A stretch of 64,000 nt of DNA, taken from Octopus sinensis. Taxonomy: Eukaryota. Below, one piece after another: positions 37,259-50,935 of the stretch (position 1 is its first letter; each line of letters begins with the position of its first letter). A program made the translations under genes and the position numbers. A model generated the notes under the pieces. It searched no databases. It had not been told where the DNA came from and saw only the letters and a list, made by a program, of their open reading frames with translations. The DNA is taken from NCBI RefSeq assembly GCF_006345805.1, contig NC_043007.1:73532001-73596000 (forward strand), written 5' to 3'.

Positions 37259-38008
37259 AGTTTTAATGTTCTCACTCACTTCTGCTGTGCTTGGAAGGAA
37301 GGTGTGTAGCATGTGATTGTTGCATTGACCATGACAGTAAGTTGAGCAGAGAATCTGCATCAAATTTTGCAAAGAGCTTGGCAATACCTGCTCAGAGGAC
37401 TATGCAAAGTTTTCAAAATTTGTTTTCATCATTCTCGACACAATCAAGATCTTGTGCAACTGAAACCTGAGAATCTTTTTGATCAATTGAAAGCAGTTTT
37501 GACTCAAACTTGGCAGACATGTATCATACCCATATCTTCAGTGATAATGGACTGAACTGAACCGTAACTAATCTGCACATCCTCTGATAACTACGAATTG
37601 TGATTCAATGATTTCCCCTCACAGCTGTACACACATTTGTGATGTTTTTCTCAGTTCTGCTGGTTGTGGGTCTCACAGAACGTTCATCAATATTGACATT
37701 GTTTTGGCCATCTTGGAATCACTTGTGTGCGACTCATACACTCCTCTCCATACACTTTCTGCAACTTTGCCTGGGCCTCTGAGCACGTATTGTCATGACA
37801 ACTTTCTCTGTCATGGTCAATGCAATGATCACACAATACACACCTTCCTTTGAAGCACTGCTGTAAACAGCGGAAGTGAGCTGGAATGTTAAAACTTAGT
37901 GCACATGCACAGCTGAGTTCAAGGTCAATCTTTGTCAAGTAGCTTCACTCTGCATACTTTAGCTTCATTACTATGGCAACAGTCTGGATACTTATTTATC
38001 AGACTTCA
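37259..38008. mobile_element. Second copy of the inverted-dimer mariner MITE
   Basis: Same internal junction as 19379-20200; right TIR gcaacagtctggatacttatttatcagac followed by TA. Confidence 0.75.
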
Positions 38009-38034
38009 TACGTTGGATCCTCAGCTAATTTTAA

Positions 38035-38224
38035 CCCTTTCGTTACCAGCCTGGCCGAAACCGGCTCTGCTCTGAACACAAATATCTTGTTTTCATAAGG
38101 TTTGACTTAAAATCTGCCATCAAACCTTAGTCACAATTTATGTTCCTAACACTAGCTTAATGTTATATTTAAAGTAATTGAAAGAAACACAGAGCATCTC
38201 AAAATAAATACAGTAACAAAAGGG
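38035..38224. mobile_element. piggyBac-type MITE (190 bp)
   Basis: TTAA TSD on both sides; TIRs ccctttcgttac / gtaacaaaaggg. Confidence 0.85.
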
Positions 38225-38422
38225 TTAAGCATTGATTTTTAGCTCATCATAGCTGGTTTACTTATGCAAAACAAAACTTCACCTCATGAGCTAACAAGAT
38301 ACACCATCTCAAGAATAACATTTCCCCATCGATAGCATCAACTAATCAATCATCAGAATGGTTAGGCCTTCTCAGGTTAGCAGAGCACCTTGTGATCTAT
38401 GCAATTAGGAATCTATTGAAAT

Positions 38423-38760
38423 CATCATCATCGTTTAACGTCCGCTTTCCATGCTAGCATGGGTTGGAAGATTTGACTGAGGTCTGGCGAACCAGACTCC
38501 AATCTGATCTGGCAGAGTTTCTACAGCTGGATGCCCTTCCTAATGCCAACCACTCAGAGTGTAGTGGGTGCTTTTACACGCCAGTTTGGTGGTACTGGCA
38601 ATGGCCACGCCCAAATGGTGCTTTTTACATGCCACCTGCACAGGAGCCAGTCCAGCGGCGACCTCGCTTGAATATTTCATATGCCACTAGCACAAGTGCT
38701 AGTAAGGCGACTCGGTAATGATCACACTTGAATGGTGTGCTTAACGTGCCATCGGCATGA
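38423..38760 (-). mobile_element. RTE 3' end
   Basis: (CAT)n cgtttaacgtccgctttccatgctagc terminus plus subrepeats. Confidence 0.8.
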
Positions 38761-39098
38761 AGGCTCCCATTCCTTTTTGAACTGCAAAAGTGGATCTATT
38801 ACCACTTGCATTCTTCAGTTCCTCTAATCTTTCTGGTTTTACTATAGATTAATATATCATGCCTAGTCTAGCTCTACATGCTTCTCACCATCTGATTAGT
38901 AGGGCCTTTAATTCTCTCAACTTATTCATTACCTTATACTTTCAAACATTAGATCACACTCAGTTATCACAGTCTGACCTATTTTCATTGGTATCTTTAT
39001 TTCTAGGTGCCATGTCCAGAATGTAGGACATAGGTGATCTTGTCCTGTCACAATTCTATTCTTTGTTCTCTATAACAGTTACACTTCCCAATGTTTAA

Positions 39099-39318
39099 CC
39101 CTTTAGCATTTAAACCGGCCATATCCGGCCAAAAGTATTCTGCCTGTTTTATGTTCAAACGGCCAGATCTGGTCTCTCACACCAACCCTACAATATCGTT
39201 TTAAAAATTAACAGCTACCTCATCAAAATCTCATCGCTACAAGATAATGCGTGATTAGTTCAAAACAAGGTGGATAAAAGAGCATTAATTTTGGCAGAAT
39301 AATGCGAACACTAAAGGG
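39099..39318. mobile_element. piggyBac-type MITE (220 bp), different family
   Basis: TTAA TSD on both sides; TIRs ccctttagcatt / aacactaaaggg. Confidence 0.85.
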
Positions 39319-39599
39319 TTAATGCCTCTTTCTTCCAACCAATTCATCAAGCTTGACATCCATGCTTCTTTTCCCTTCAATCTTTCTGGTCATCACTAGC
39401 TTCTCCAAGCTCTCTTTCCTCATCACAACCAAGAAATCTGTTACATGGCCCTTATCACATAAAGCAGTTTCCCATTTACCACAACTCGGGTCCTGTTATT
39501 ACTCAACAATCAAGCTCACACTGTTAAATTCTTTCTTAACATCCTTGATTTAATGTCTCAATTAAATTCATAACCAGTATTCTTAACCTGACAAATACC

Positions 39600-39863
39600 T
39601 ATTTCCTTACTGCCCACAAGGGGCTAAATATATAATTCTTTATTGCCCACAAGGGGCGAAACATAGAGGGGACAAACAAGAACAGACAAACGGACAAAAT
39701 CGATTACATCGACCCCAGTGCATAACTGGTACCTATTTAATCGACCCCGAAAGGATGAAAGGCAAAGTTGACCTCCGCAGAATTTGAACTCAGAACGTGG
39801 CGGCAGATGAAATACCACTAAGCATTTCACCCGGTGTGCTAACGATTCTGCCAGCTTGCCACC
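39600..39863 (-). mobile_element. SINE with Nin-domain-like core, 20-bp TSD
   Basis: Minus strand gcctttcatcctttcggggtcgat; TSD ttcttaacctgacaaatacc at 39580-39599 and 39864-39883; relatives at about 40160, 44250, 50720, 56560 and 60340. Confidence 0.8.
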
Positions 39864-40369
39864 TTCTTAACCTGACAAATACCAGCCATCTTCATGCTAG
39901 ACAGAACACTTTATGGGGCATTTTATATAAATCCAAATGTCTTCTCTTACCTTATTAGCTCTTTCTTCCCCATTTTAAGCTCTAAACATATCTCTCCAAT
40001 TCATCACATCTAAACATGTCTTGACCAACCACCCAGTACAAAACCTTCATAGATTTGCCAATTTTTCCCGCTCCCACCCACAAGATTCTCCTTTATTCCT
40101 TACCTTTCCCAACTTTAAGGCTGTATCAATTCTCATATCTTCCCCACTTCCTTCTTCTCCATACCTATTTCTTTACTACCCACAAGGGGCTAAACACAGA
40201 AGGGACAGACAAACGGATTAAGTCGATTACATTGACCCCAGTGCGCAACTGGTACTTAATTTATCGACCCCGGAAGGATGAAAGACAAAGTCGACCTCGG
40301 CGGAATTTGAACTCAGAACGTAACGGCAGGTGAAATACGTCCTCTTCCAGCTAGGCCATTAATCTATCC

Positions 40370-40785
40370 ATCTCTCTATTCTGACATTCTATTTTTTCTG
40401 CAGCTATAGGCATTCTTCTTTTGATGAAGGAATAAGTTGCATAACATAATTTTTTGCTGTACACAATATGCATATATCTGCACCAAATATGAACCTATTC
40501 TAGAAACAGCTGTAAAATACTACCTACAGATTTTCATTTTCATCAATTGCAGATTTTTCACCTGTGACAGTATTGATCTTACTTACCTGTCTAGGTCAAA
40601 TCAACATCAAGGACATTTTTTGTCTTCCTCATCCTAGAATGAATTCGTCACCTGAATCATTATGGACTTTCACTTTTCAGATTTTCGCTGGTTTCCTGCT
40701 ATATTTTAACATATATTAATATATCTCTCTTCAATATGTTATAAAATGATTTGATACTTTGAAACTTACCTGTTCAAGCATCTAT
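40370..40785 (-). repeat. Right arm of the same inverted repeat
   Basis: Matches 36850-37258 inverted. Confidence 0.85.
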
Positions 40786-40791
40786 CCAATT

Positions 40792-40824
<33 letters not shown>

Positions 40825-41399
40825 GATAGATAGATAGATACACACACACAGAGAGTTATCTAGATGCAATAACTGAAAATTGTATACAATGACTAAAACA
40901 TGACCTGTATTGATGCTCTGCAAGCAAATACTTCAAAATAATCAATCAAAAACTTCAAGAGATTTGGGGCTGTCAAAAATTTGGTTCAACTAATCTAATT
41001 AAATATGCTAAAAAAAGAACTAATTTGTAAGCCACTGGCATATATCTTGGATCTGTAGCAGTAAATGAAGCTCTTTTTTCTGAATTTCTTATTTCTTCCT
41101 TACTAAACAATACCAAGAAATATCTTGTGTCCAGAAAATTCACTGTAAGAAATTTCGCTGTATTGGAAAATTTGTCATATGGGCAATGATAAAGCGTATT
41201 ACATCAGTACTTTTTAAAATATCAAAAAAAGATGATGAAAGGTTTTATAAAAGCATTAAATAGCCAAGTCTTTTATTCAATATCAAACATTAAAAATAAT
41301 GTGATGAGGTCATTTAAAACAAAATTTCTTACAGAGAATTTTCCTATGACCCAAATATCTATCTATTCAGTGCAGAAAGATATAAAACACACACACACA

Positions 41400-41830
41400 A
41401 ACAGAATGGCTATATTACATGGTAGTGAGACATGGGCTATGACTGCACAGGACATGTGTTGACTGGAGAGGAATGAAGGTGGTATGCTCCATTAGATTTG
41501 CAACATCAGTGTACATGACCAACAAAGCACAACTGTTTTGAGAGAAAAGTTACGCACAAGAGGGATTAAATGTAGCATGCAGGAGAGGAGAATGCATTGG
41601 TTTGGACATATGATGCGCATGTGTGAAGACAGCTGTATAGAGAAGTGTCAGTCACTGAAAGTAAATGAAACCTGTGGAAAAGAGAGACCCAGGAAAACAT
41701 GGGATGAAGTGGTGAGGACTGATCTTAGGATGCTGGGGCTCATGGAGGAAATGACAATGGACTGAGATGTTTATGAGGTTCTCGAGAAGATCGGCCCACA
41801 TCAGCAAAACTGAGTGCTCGAAGTGTTGTG
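41400..41830 (+). mobile_element. RTE C-terminal fragment
   Basis: MHWFGHMMRMCEDSCIEKC...RPRKTWDEVVRTDLRMLGL. Confidence 0.8.
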
Positions 41831-44800
41831 TCCTACCCACATGTAACAACAAACTTTTCACACACAATACCTCAAGAAACCAAATTACATCTCTTCTAAA
41901 CAGCACCTTTCTTTTCTTCACATTTCCTCTTCATAAACTGATTGTCTTCCAATCCCCTTTCCTGCCCACACTGTCCACTACCCAGGTTTTCACCAGTCAC
42001 TGCAATCCCCACTTGCACCTTCTTGGCAACACCTGACTGTGCATATTACGACCATCATACCTCTTCATTCTTTACTCTACCATCCCATCTATGCTCTGAC
42101 CCTTTTTTCTTGTGAGTATACCCTGCCACTTCACCATCTCTCTCGTGCTCTCTCTTACACTTTTGCTGTTTCCTACTCCCTCTATCTTTCCCTCACTCTT
42201 CCCTCTGGCTGGCTAGCCATGTATCTCCTCTACAGCAGCACACATATTTCTGCCCTCATTCTTGTTTGCTCTTTCTCTCTGGGTAACCATGTATCCCCTT
42301 TGTAACAAGATACCTATTTCCACCTCCCTATTTTTCTGTCACACTAACCTTTCATCATCTGATACTGGACCACCTCCTCCAATGCTCCTTCCTTTATAGC
42401 AAGACACCTGTTTCTGCCTCCCTGTCTCTTTGTACCCTCTAACATTTCACTCTCTGACATGAGTTCCCCTCCTCAAATGTCCCTACTCCTTTCATAGTTC
42501 CTTGTCTTGCAAGTTACTTGGTGACTCTGCCAGTACTGGTGCCACATAAAAAGCATCCAGTCCACACTGTGAAGTGGTTGGCATTTGGAAGGGCATCCAG
42601 CTGTGAAAATCATGTCAAAACTAACCTTGCCTGTTCTAGTGCCACATAAAAAGCACTGACCCACTCTGCAGAGTGGTTGGTGTTAGGAAGGACATCCAGC
42701 TGTAAAAACCTTGCCAAAACACACAGTAGCATAAGGTAGCATTTCTACCTGGCCAGCTCCTGTGAACCATCCTACCCATGCATGCATGGAAGATGAACGT
42801 TAAACGATGATGATGAAACAAATAGAAACAACATTAATTAATAACTTCATTAGCCCATAACACTGTCCAGGGGTGAATGTCACTAATGATAAGTGATGAG
42901 GAACAGCATCTATTGCATTTTGTCTTCTGACTTTTCTATTAGCCACCACCACAACCTACAGGCTTCACAAAACTGAGATTGGGTCACAAGGAATAATAAA
43001 GCAGTATGCTTACACTCTAACGTGGTACTCTGTATAATAAATCACTGTATGTGATTTTTTTAGACAGAATTATAATATATCCCGAGCAAGGGATCAGCAT
43101 CTCATACCTAGTCTACATGCTATTAACATGCTATAGATCTGCACTTTCACAACTAATTTGGGGATAAGCACTGTCAACAACTCATACTAACATATTAAAT
43201 AAGATATCCATGAGGTTTTTTTTTTGTTTGAATCCAGAAGAAAAATGCATCTTTGAATAAATGAATAAACTTTATACCTGTAAATTCAAATACACACACA
43301 CACACGTGTTTGCTTAAGGTTCAAACACATTGACATTCATACAAGATGCCAATCAGCACAGTAATGTTCCCTCCCCATAAAAAAAAAGTTATAGACATTT
43401 GTGATTGGGTACTTTCCATATTTATAAAGACATAATACAGCACTTGTTTTATTATAATTTTCTAAGTTCAAAGGAAAACTGAAAAGAATTTTGGGCATTT
43501 TTTGCTACCTTTTTGAGGGAACTCAACTGGGTTTTTTTTTTCATTAAGAATCATTGAATATTACAGTAAATAATCTTCAAAATTACTTGTGTAAATAAAG
43601 CGTGTGTGAGAGAGGGAGGGTGGAAAGAAAGAAAGCGAGAAGGGAGGAAGGGAAAGAAAGAGGGAGGAAGAGAGAGAGGTCTTATTATACAGTGAATAAA
43701 TGACAATGAATGTCCATTTGAAAATATCTGGGGTCAAAAAATATGTTCAGAAATAGAATTTTTTTTTATTTTTTTGTTTTGTGCAGTATTTTACAAAATT
43801 AAATGTATTTTTTGAAAAAAAAAATCATCTATTATTTACTTGGCCATTCTCATACACTTTATGCTTTAAATTCATTTAAATCAGTAGAATTGAATATTTT
43901 GAATTATTGTAAAGAAAAAGTAAATCATATCTGAAGCTTGAAAAAAAGCAAAAAAAACAGTTAATTGTTGGATGAATAGTTTGAAGAATTGATTGTTTTT
44001 AGTATATTTGATAATGGAAACTCAACTATATAATTAGCAACAAACTGTTGTTGACTACAGAAGATCTATTTAGTGTTCAAGTTGACAGATTAATATCTGT
44101 TCAGTTTGTCCAGTAATTAACAAGAGCAAATAGTTGTCTTTTTTCTTTTACCAGAAGGTTAACAAGTAAAGTAAACATTTTTCTGTCTAATCAGCAACAC
44201 TAAAAACGTTTTTTTTTTTCATGATTCAATACATAGAGATAAATCATACACTGGTTTCGAATTTTGGCACACGGCCAGAAACAGAAGAGATAAGCCGATT
44301 ACATCGACCCCAGTGCTCAACTGGTACTTATTTTATCAAGGATGAAAGGCAAAGTTGGCCTTGATGGAATTTGAACTGAGAATGTAAAAATAGACAAAAT
44401 GCTTACAAAAATGCTGCCAAGCATTTTGTCCAGTTTGCAAACGATTCTGCTAGTTCACTGCCTTACAGAGAAAAATCATATATTGAGAAACATTTCAAGT
44501 GGAAAAAAAACAAAAGTCCATCGACTAGTTGATTGGTCTACAAGCAATAATAGGACTATAAACTGCCCAACATACCTGAGGACTGGTTAACTGTTCATGG
44601 ATAAAAATTTATTTTCGGTATAATAAATAATATTAACAATCAGGAAATTATATTTCAAAAATCTTTTTCACATGGTTTTGATAATTTAGTCATGTTCCAG
44701 ATAATTCTGTTATTATAGCAAGAAAAGAATCTAAAAATCAGAGAACATGTTCTAGGATCACACAGCCAATACCAACAAAATGGTCAACGTTGGATTTAAC

Positions 44801-45209
44801 GATTCCACAAGGAGGAGAAAAAAAACATCAATGAAATTTCTAAAAATCATCAAAAAATCGTCAAAAAAAAAATTGTTTTGAACAGAAGCAAACAGTTTAA
44901 GCAACCATCTCCAGCGAGATATAATCATTTTTGAACTATAATAATTTCTCTTTCTTTTCACTGTAACTAGAAATTGGTTGATACAATAAAAAAAATAACT
45001 GTTGCTTTTGTTAATCGAGGGTTAGAGGAGAAATTGCATACAATAAAAACAGTAGTAAAAGTGCCATAACATAGGAGAATAAAATATTTTCACATCACTA
45101 AAATCACTAACATATCTTAAATATAATTTGAAACATGATAAAATTTCTTAAGTCCTAATTAAATTCTAATAGTATCAGACATTTCTTAGTCTTTTGGAAA
45201 AAGATATAG

Positions 45210-45419
45210 TTAAGAAATATCTGGTTCGGATGGACTCAGCCCATTTTGCCCATCATCTGAGCTAACTGTTAAACCAAGCACTCTGGCCTCTAATTCTTCC
45301 TGCTCTTCATCATGTCCATCATCATTTTCTTCCCCATCACTTGGCACTGGTGTTGTGGCTCGAGAAGAGGCTGGTGATGGGGGCTCAGATGGAGGACGTG
45401 GAAATAAGATCTTCTTACC
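45210..45419 (-). CDS. GYS: Glycogen synthase last coding exon (210 nt including TAA)
   Basis: tcttttcag acceptor; GKKILFPRPPSEPPSPASSRATTPVPSDGEENDDGHDEEQEELEARVLGLTVSSDDGQNGLSPSEPDIS*; carries the SXXXS GSK3/CK2 phosphosite ladder. Confidence 0.95.
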   Translation of the reverse strand, partial: GKKILFPRPPSEPPSPASSRATTPVPSDGEENDDGHDEEQEELEARVLGLTVSSDDGQNGLSPSEPDIS

Positions 45420-45801
45420 CTGAAAAGAAAAAGATTTACAATGTCAAAGCAAAAACAGAAACAAACTAGACATTTCTACAATTTCCAACAAAGAACAACC
45501 AACATAAATGATAAAATTACTAAAAAACTATAATCTCTGAGAAAAAAATTATTGTAAAAAAGGACAAAATTATGATTGCATTTGTGTGTGTTGAAACGAG
45601 AATGGATACAGAAATGAAACAAAAACAAAGAGGAAGAATTATAATGTCTCCTTTCTAATCATTAAAATATACAAAATTAACCTTTGATTAATGCAATATT
45701 AATTACAAACTGAATATCTGATCAATATTAGCAACATATCTAAATCAAAATTAACAACATATTTAAATTTCATTTAATATTAACAAACATTGATTACTCA
45801 C

Positions 45802-45873
45802 GGTTAAACTGTCTTCATTAAATATTTCTGGATGGGTTTTATGAAGTGCTATTCGACGAGCTTTCACATAATA
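45802..45873 (-). CDS. GYS: Glycogen synthase exon (72 nt)
   Basis: ttctccag / gtgagt; YYVKARRIALHKTHPEIFNEDSLT; phase 0 to 0. Confidence 0.92.
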
Positions 45874-46011
45874 CTGGAGAAAATAATGCAATTAAATACA
45901 TTAAAAAGAATGTCAGAATTTGTGAAGAAAATACTAAGTGATAGTCTCCTAAAACTAAAACAGTAATGCAACTCACCTAGAATAAATAAATAAATAAATA
46001 TATATATATAT

Positions 46012-46420
46012 ATCATTATCATCATCGTTTAACGTCCGTTTTCCGCGCTAGCACGGGTTGGACGGTTTGACTGGGGTCTGGGAAGCCAGGGGCTGCACCA
46101 AGCTCCAGTCTGATCTGGCAGTGTTTCTACAGCTGGATGCCCTTCCTAACGCCAACCACTCCGTGAGTGTAGTGGGTGCTTTTTACATGCCAGGGGAGTC
46201 TGGCATCGGCCACAATCGGTTGGTGCTTTTAACGTGCCACCGGCACGGAAGCCAGCCAAGGCGGCGCTGGCATTGGCCACGTTTGGATGGTGCTTTTTAT
46301 GTGCCACCAGCACAGAAGCCAGTCGAGGCGGCGCTGACAACGGCCATGTTCGGATGGTGCTTTTTATGTGCTACCGGCACAGGTATCACAACTACTATTT
46401 CCATTGATCATCATTTAATG
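46012..46420 (-). mobile_element. RTE 3' end in a GYS intron
   Basis: (CAT)n cgtttaacgtccg terminus plus subrepeats; an opposite-orientation copy lies at about 49460-49795. Confidence 0.8.
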
Positions 46421-48276
46421 TCCGTTTTCCATGCTACCATCCCACTTTATTTTCCACTGATCACCCTTTCTATGCCACCAGTTATCACTTCCTTTCCTCA
46501 GAGCTACCACCCCTTATGACTACCATATCTTATCCTCAACACTCTCTCTTATTATATCCACCCCTATGTATCTCTGACTTCCATTTCTGTCACTGTATGT
46601 CTCCCTCTTTCTCCTCCTCACTCCCCCACCCCACACATCATCTCCCTATTTCTCATCTGTCTGCAGTTTTTTATATTGCAGCTCTGTCTCACTTTATGTA
46701 CTGTGACTTAACTTCTTTGAGAGCCACTCCAATTTCTCTTGTCTCCCACCCCAAACTAATATTTACCATCAAGCTCACCTCCCTCCTTGTTCACCATTCC
46801 CTACTCTCCCCTCCCATAATCTTCTAACCTTATCCACTGGTTCTTCCAGGTCCTCTGTTCCACTTCCCTCTCATATTCACCTTGTACTTTGAGAGTACAG
46901 CCTGGCACCTCATCACTGTCATCTTTATCTTTTTTTTCAGCCACCCTTATATGATGTGGGTTGACCATGTATCTGTGTTTTCAATCAAAGTTTAGTTTCT
47001 CAACACCTTGCATAAAATCACTTCCCTTTCCATTACATCCACTCCCACTTCAGTTGAGTAGGGTTTTTTTTTCTATCTTGAGTTAATGTGACCTTGCTGG
47101 TGCCAGTGTCGTGAGAAAAAGCAACAGTACATTCTGTAAAATGGTTGGTATTAGGATGGGTATCAAGCCATAGAAACCATACCAAAGCAGACACTGAAGC
47201 TTGACACAGACCTGTGGTGCATCAGATTCTGTCAAACTATCCAAACTAGATGATGGACATTAAAAGATGATGATAATGATGATGATAATTTAGGCTTCTA
47301 ACTTCTTTCTTCAAGATCCAGTTTTGAAATAACAAAGAAACTGTCATACGTAAATAAACACACATACATACACACACACAGACTTTTCTTTCTAACAACC
47401 AGCTAAAAAATACAAAAGGAGCCAAATCTTCCTTCTTAAATAAAGAGAGGTACTTTGAACAAAGTAGTCCTTCCCATACAATAAGATGATTGGTAACGGT
47501 TGGAACCCTTGATCTTCTGATCCTATGCAATCACAGCTGGAATACAATTTATCACATGTTTATTGAGTCAGGTGGAATACATTTGGTCAAAGGTTTACTA
47601 AGCCAAGGCTGACCTGTGACTAAACAACAACATGAAGCATTGAACTAATATGAAAAAATTATTATTTTTTAAAAATAAAATTGAACAAATAAAATGCTGG
47701 TGATATATTTAGTTTTTTTCAATAACAAAAATGAGAAATAACATGCACAGGCATGGCTGTGCAGTAAGATGTTTCTTCCGAAACACATGCTTCCAGGTTC
47801 AGTCCCACTGCATGGCACCTTGGGCAAGTGTCTTCTACTATAGTGTCAAGTCAACCAAAGCCTTGTGAGTGGAATTGGTAGAATTTGACGGAAACTGAAA
47901 GAAGCTCATCGTGTGTGTATTTATGTGCATGTAACTTAGTGGTTCGGCAGAAGAGACTGATAGAATAAGTACCAGGTTTGAAAAAAATGATAAGTACTGA
48001 GTCAATTCATTCAACTAAAAATCATTCAAGGCAGTGCTCCAGCATAGCCATAGTCTAATGACTGAAACAAGTAAAAGATAAAAGAAAAAGATAATTTTAA
48101 TTACTAATCTTTTATTAGACATAAAAATGCAAGCAAATTGCTTCTCCTCTTTTCGTAATGTTGTGTCTAATATAAAGTGTAGATTTTATACTTAGAAAGA
48201 AGTTAAGAAATATTTTGGTATTAGAATAAATATTCCACAATAAACTTCATTTAAAATTATAAAAGAAAGCACTTAC

Positions 48277-48378
48277 AACTCCAAGATTCTTCCAGTCAAG
48301 CAATTCACTAAGGCGTTCAGTACGGTTTCTCTGAATAATTCTTTGACGACGCGATAAACAAGTAAAGTCGAATAAAGT
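48277..48378 (-). CDS. GYS: Glycogen synthase exon (102 nt), arginine-rich regulatory helix
   Basis: attttcag / gtaagt; [34 protein letters not shown] ([16 protein letters not shown]6P/phospho-sensing Arg cluster). Confidence 0.97.
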
Positions 48379-48523
48379 CTGAAAATAAATTAATAGTTTA
48401 AGTTTGTTACTATGTAGAGTTTTAATTTTTTTTAATCTACTAACATGTCTATCAAGCAAAACCAAACATATTCTAGCATAACATGTGATTATATTTAGAA
48501 TAATCAAACAGATTATTACAGTA

Positions 48524-48892
48524 TCAGCACTATGACCAAGCATTGCTGGGTCATAGTGCTAGTGCATGCATATACAGCTGCGTGCGTGCGCACATACACG
48601 TGAGTACTGTCCAAATCTCCGCCCAATCACATATAGCTAGCTGGCATTCAATTGGCGTATCAAGTTTCGGGCATTTTTGATTGGGTTTTGGATAGAAAAT
48701 TCACAAAAGAGTCAGTTCTATTGATTTTTTAATGGCTTTGCGGGGTGACTGGGGAAATGTAAAGATGTGCACGATCACCCTTGGACGGTTTTGAATGAAC
48801 ATAGAAAGTACGAGCCCTCTAACTGAAAAATTGTGGATTTGTATAAAGGACACACACACACACACACATTTTGCCGTTTATATATATAGAGA
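48524..48892 (-). mobile_element. Non-autonomous Helitron, copy 1
   Basis: 5' TC(TCTATATATATAAA), 3' hairpin with decayed CTAG; aligns with 50320-50683. Confidence 0.7.
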
Positions 48893-50319
48893 TGTCTTTG
48901 CAACTTTCTATAAAATATGACCAAATTAAAAGTTACAAGGACATAAACAAACCAACACTGGTGATCAAGTAGTATGATATGTGGGGTAAACATAAAGATA
49001 CACTTATACAATAAACTTCCATACAGTTTCTGCATACCAAATTCATTCACTTTACATTGGTCAGCCTGGAGCTATAGTAGAAGACATTTGACCAAAGTAC
49101 TGTACAGTGGAACTGACCCGAAAACCACATGGTTGCAAAGCAAGCTTCATGCTTACATTTGTAATATGAAGATTACTTTAAAAACTAAGTTAATGAGAAC
49201 ACATAATCAGGAGTTGGACTCTCACAATTTTAACTGCTTGAATTTTTCTTTTATCCTTTACCTTTAAACTGTATGGTTCTGGGACATGCATATTGAGTTT
49301 CCTCCCTTACCATTTTTTTACAAAAATAAACATTTCTACCAATAATTGTTTTCTTCATTATTGCTGCAAATCTAATTGATAATTAAAAACGTTTCAGTGC
49401 TCACCAAATTACATATATTAGATCCCTGCCTAAATATATTCTTTACATAGAAGACATCTCCTGAAAATTTTCCATAGCCACGTGCCGGTGGCACCTAAAA
49501 AGCAACATCCGAACGTGGCCGATGCCAGCGCCACGTTGACTGGCGTCCGTGCCGGTAGCACGTAAAAAGCACCAACCGATCGTGGACGTTGCCAGCCTCC
49601 TCTGGCACCTGTGCTGGTGGCACGTAAAAAGCACCCACTACACTCACGGAGTGGTTGGCATTAGGAAGAGCATCCAACTGTAGAAATACTGTCAGAACAG
49701 ACTGGAGCTTGGTGCAGCCTTCTGGCTTCCCAGACCCTGGTTGAACCGTCCAACCCATGCTAGCATGGAAAACGATGATGACGATTATGATGATGCTTTA
49801 AATTCAATAATCAGTGAATGTTTTTCACTCAAATCCAATACATTCTCACAATTGATATAAGGTCTATTAGTACATATTAGTAACAGACAAGCATAGAGAA
49901 TGGACATTAAGTGATGATGATAATGACTTCACTGAAAAGAGCTAATACGATCAAACTCAACCCCCACCAAATGCTCACATTCAATTTTTAATCAATTTTA
50001 ATTTTTCCCTTGTCTCTTCTTGCCATTCTTGATAAGAACTGTTATTATTGTTAATGAATTTTTTTTACATTACAGGTATAATAATTTAGTGATTTAGCAA
50101 AAGTGATTGATAGAATAAGTACAAGATTTAAAAGAAAAAATAAGAGCTAGGGTCAATTTGTTCAACAAAACCCTTCAAAGTGGTGCCCAACATGGCCACA
50201 ATCCAACAACTGAAGCAAAAAAGAGACAACAGAAGATATGAAAGATAAAAGAATAATTAATAGTTTGTTTTGCAATCAATACTGAAATCTGATTAGTAAT
50301 CAGGAATTTTATGTCCTAA

Positions 50320-50683
50320 CTAGCACTATGACCTGACAACGCCGGATCATAGTGCTAGTGCATGCATATAAAACTGCATGCGTGCGCATATACACGCGAG
50401 TACTGTCCAAATCTCCGACCAATCACATACAGCTAGCTGGCATTCAATTGGCATATCAAGTTTTGGGCCTTTTGATTGGGTTTTGGATAGAAAATTCACA
50501 AAAAAGTCACTTCTATTGATTTTTTAATGGCTTTGCGGGGTGACTGGGGAAATGTAAAGATGTGCACGACCACTCTTGGACGGTTTTGAATGACCACAGA
50601 AAGTGCGAGCCCTCTAACTGAAAAATTGTGGATTTGTATAAAGGACACACACAGACATTTTGCCGTTTATATATATAGAGAGA
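50320..50683 (-). mobile_element. Non-autonomous Helitron, copy 2
   Basis: A/TC 5' end, subterminal hairpin, CTAG/T 3' end, no TSD. Confidence 0.78.
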
Positions 50684-50935
50684 TATTCTACGACCAGAAT
50701 AATAACCTTTCTAGTATAAGGACAAGCCCTGAATTTTGGAAGAGAGGTTAGTCAATGTTATCGACCCCAGTTTTCAACTGGTACTTATTTTATTGACCCT
50801 GAAAGGATGAAAAGCAAAGTCAATCAAAGGATGAAAAGTAAAGTCAATTTGAACTCAGAGAAAGAAGACAGACGAAACGTTGCTATGCATTTTACCTGGT
50901 ATACTACTACAATAGTAACAAAAGAATAAACTTAC

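Noticed and set aside
45412-45422. Acceptor followed by a donor-like GGTAAG (recursive splice site); similar AG/GT at 53011
   Set aside because: Explained by the encoded Gly-Lys and Val codons; introns are short; using them would destroy the frame.
47246-47530. 94-aa minus ORF in a GYS intron as an alternative exon
   Set aside because: No GYS similarity, runs into (GT)n, and flanking exons already join in frame.
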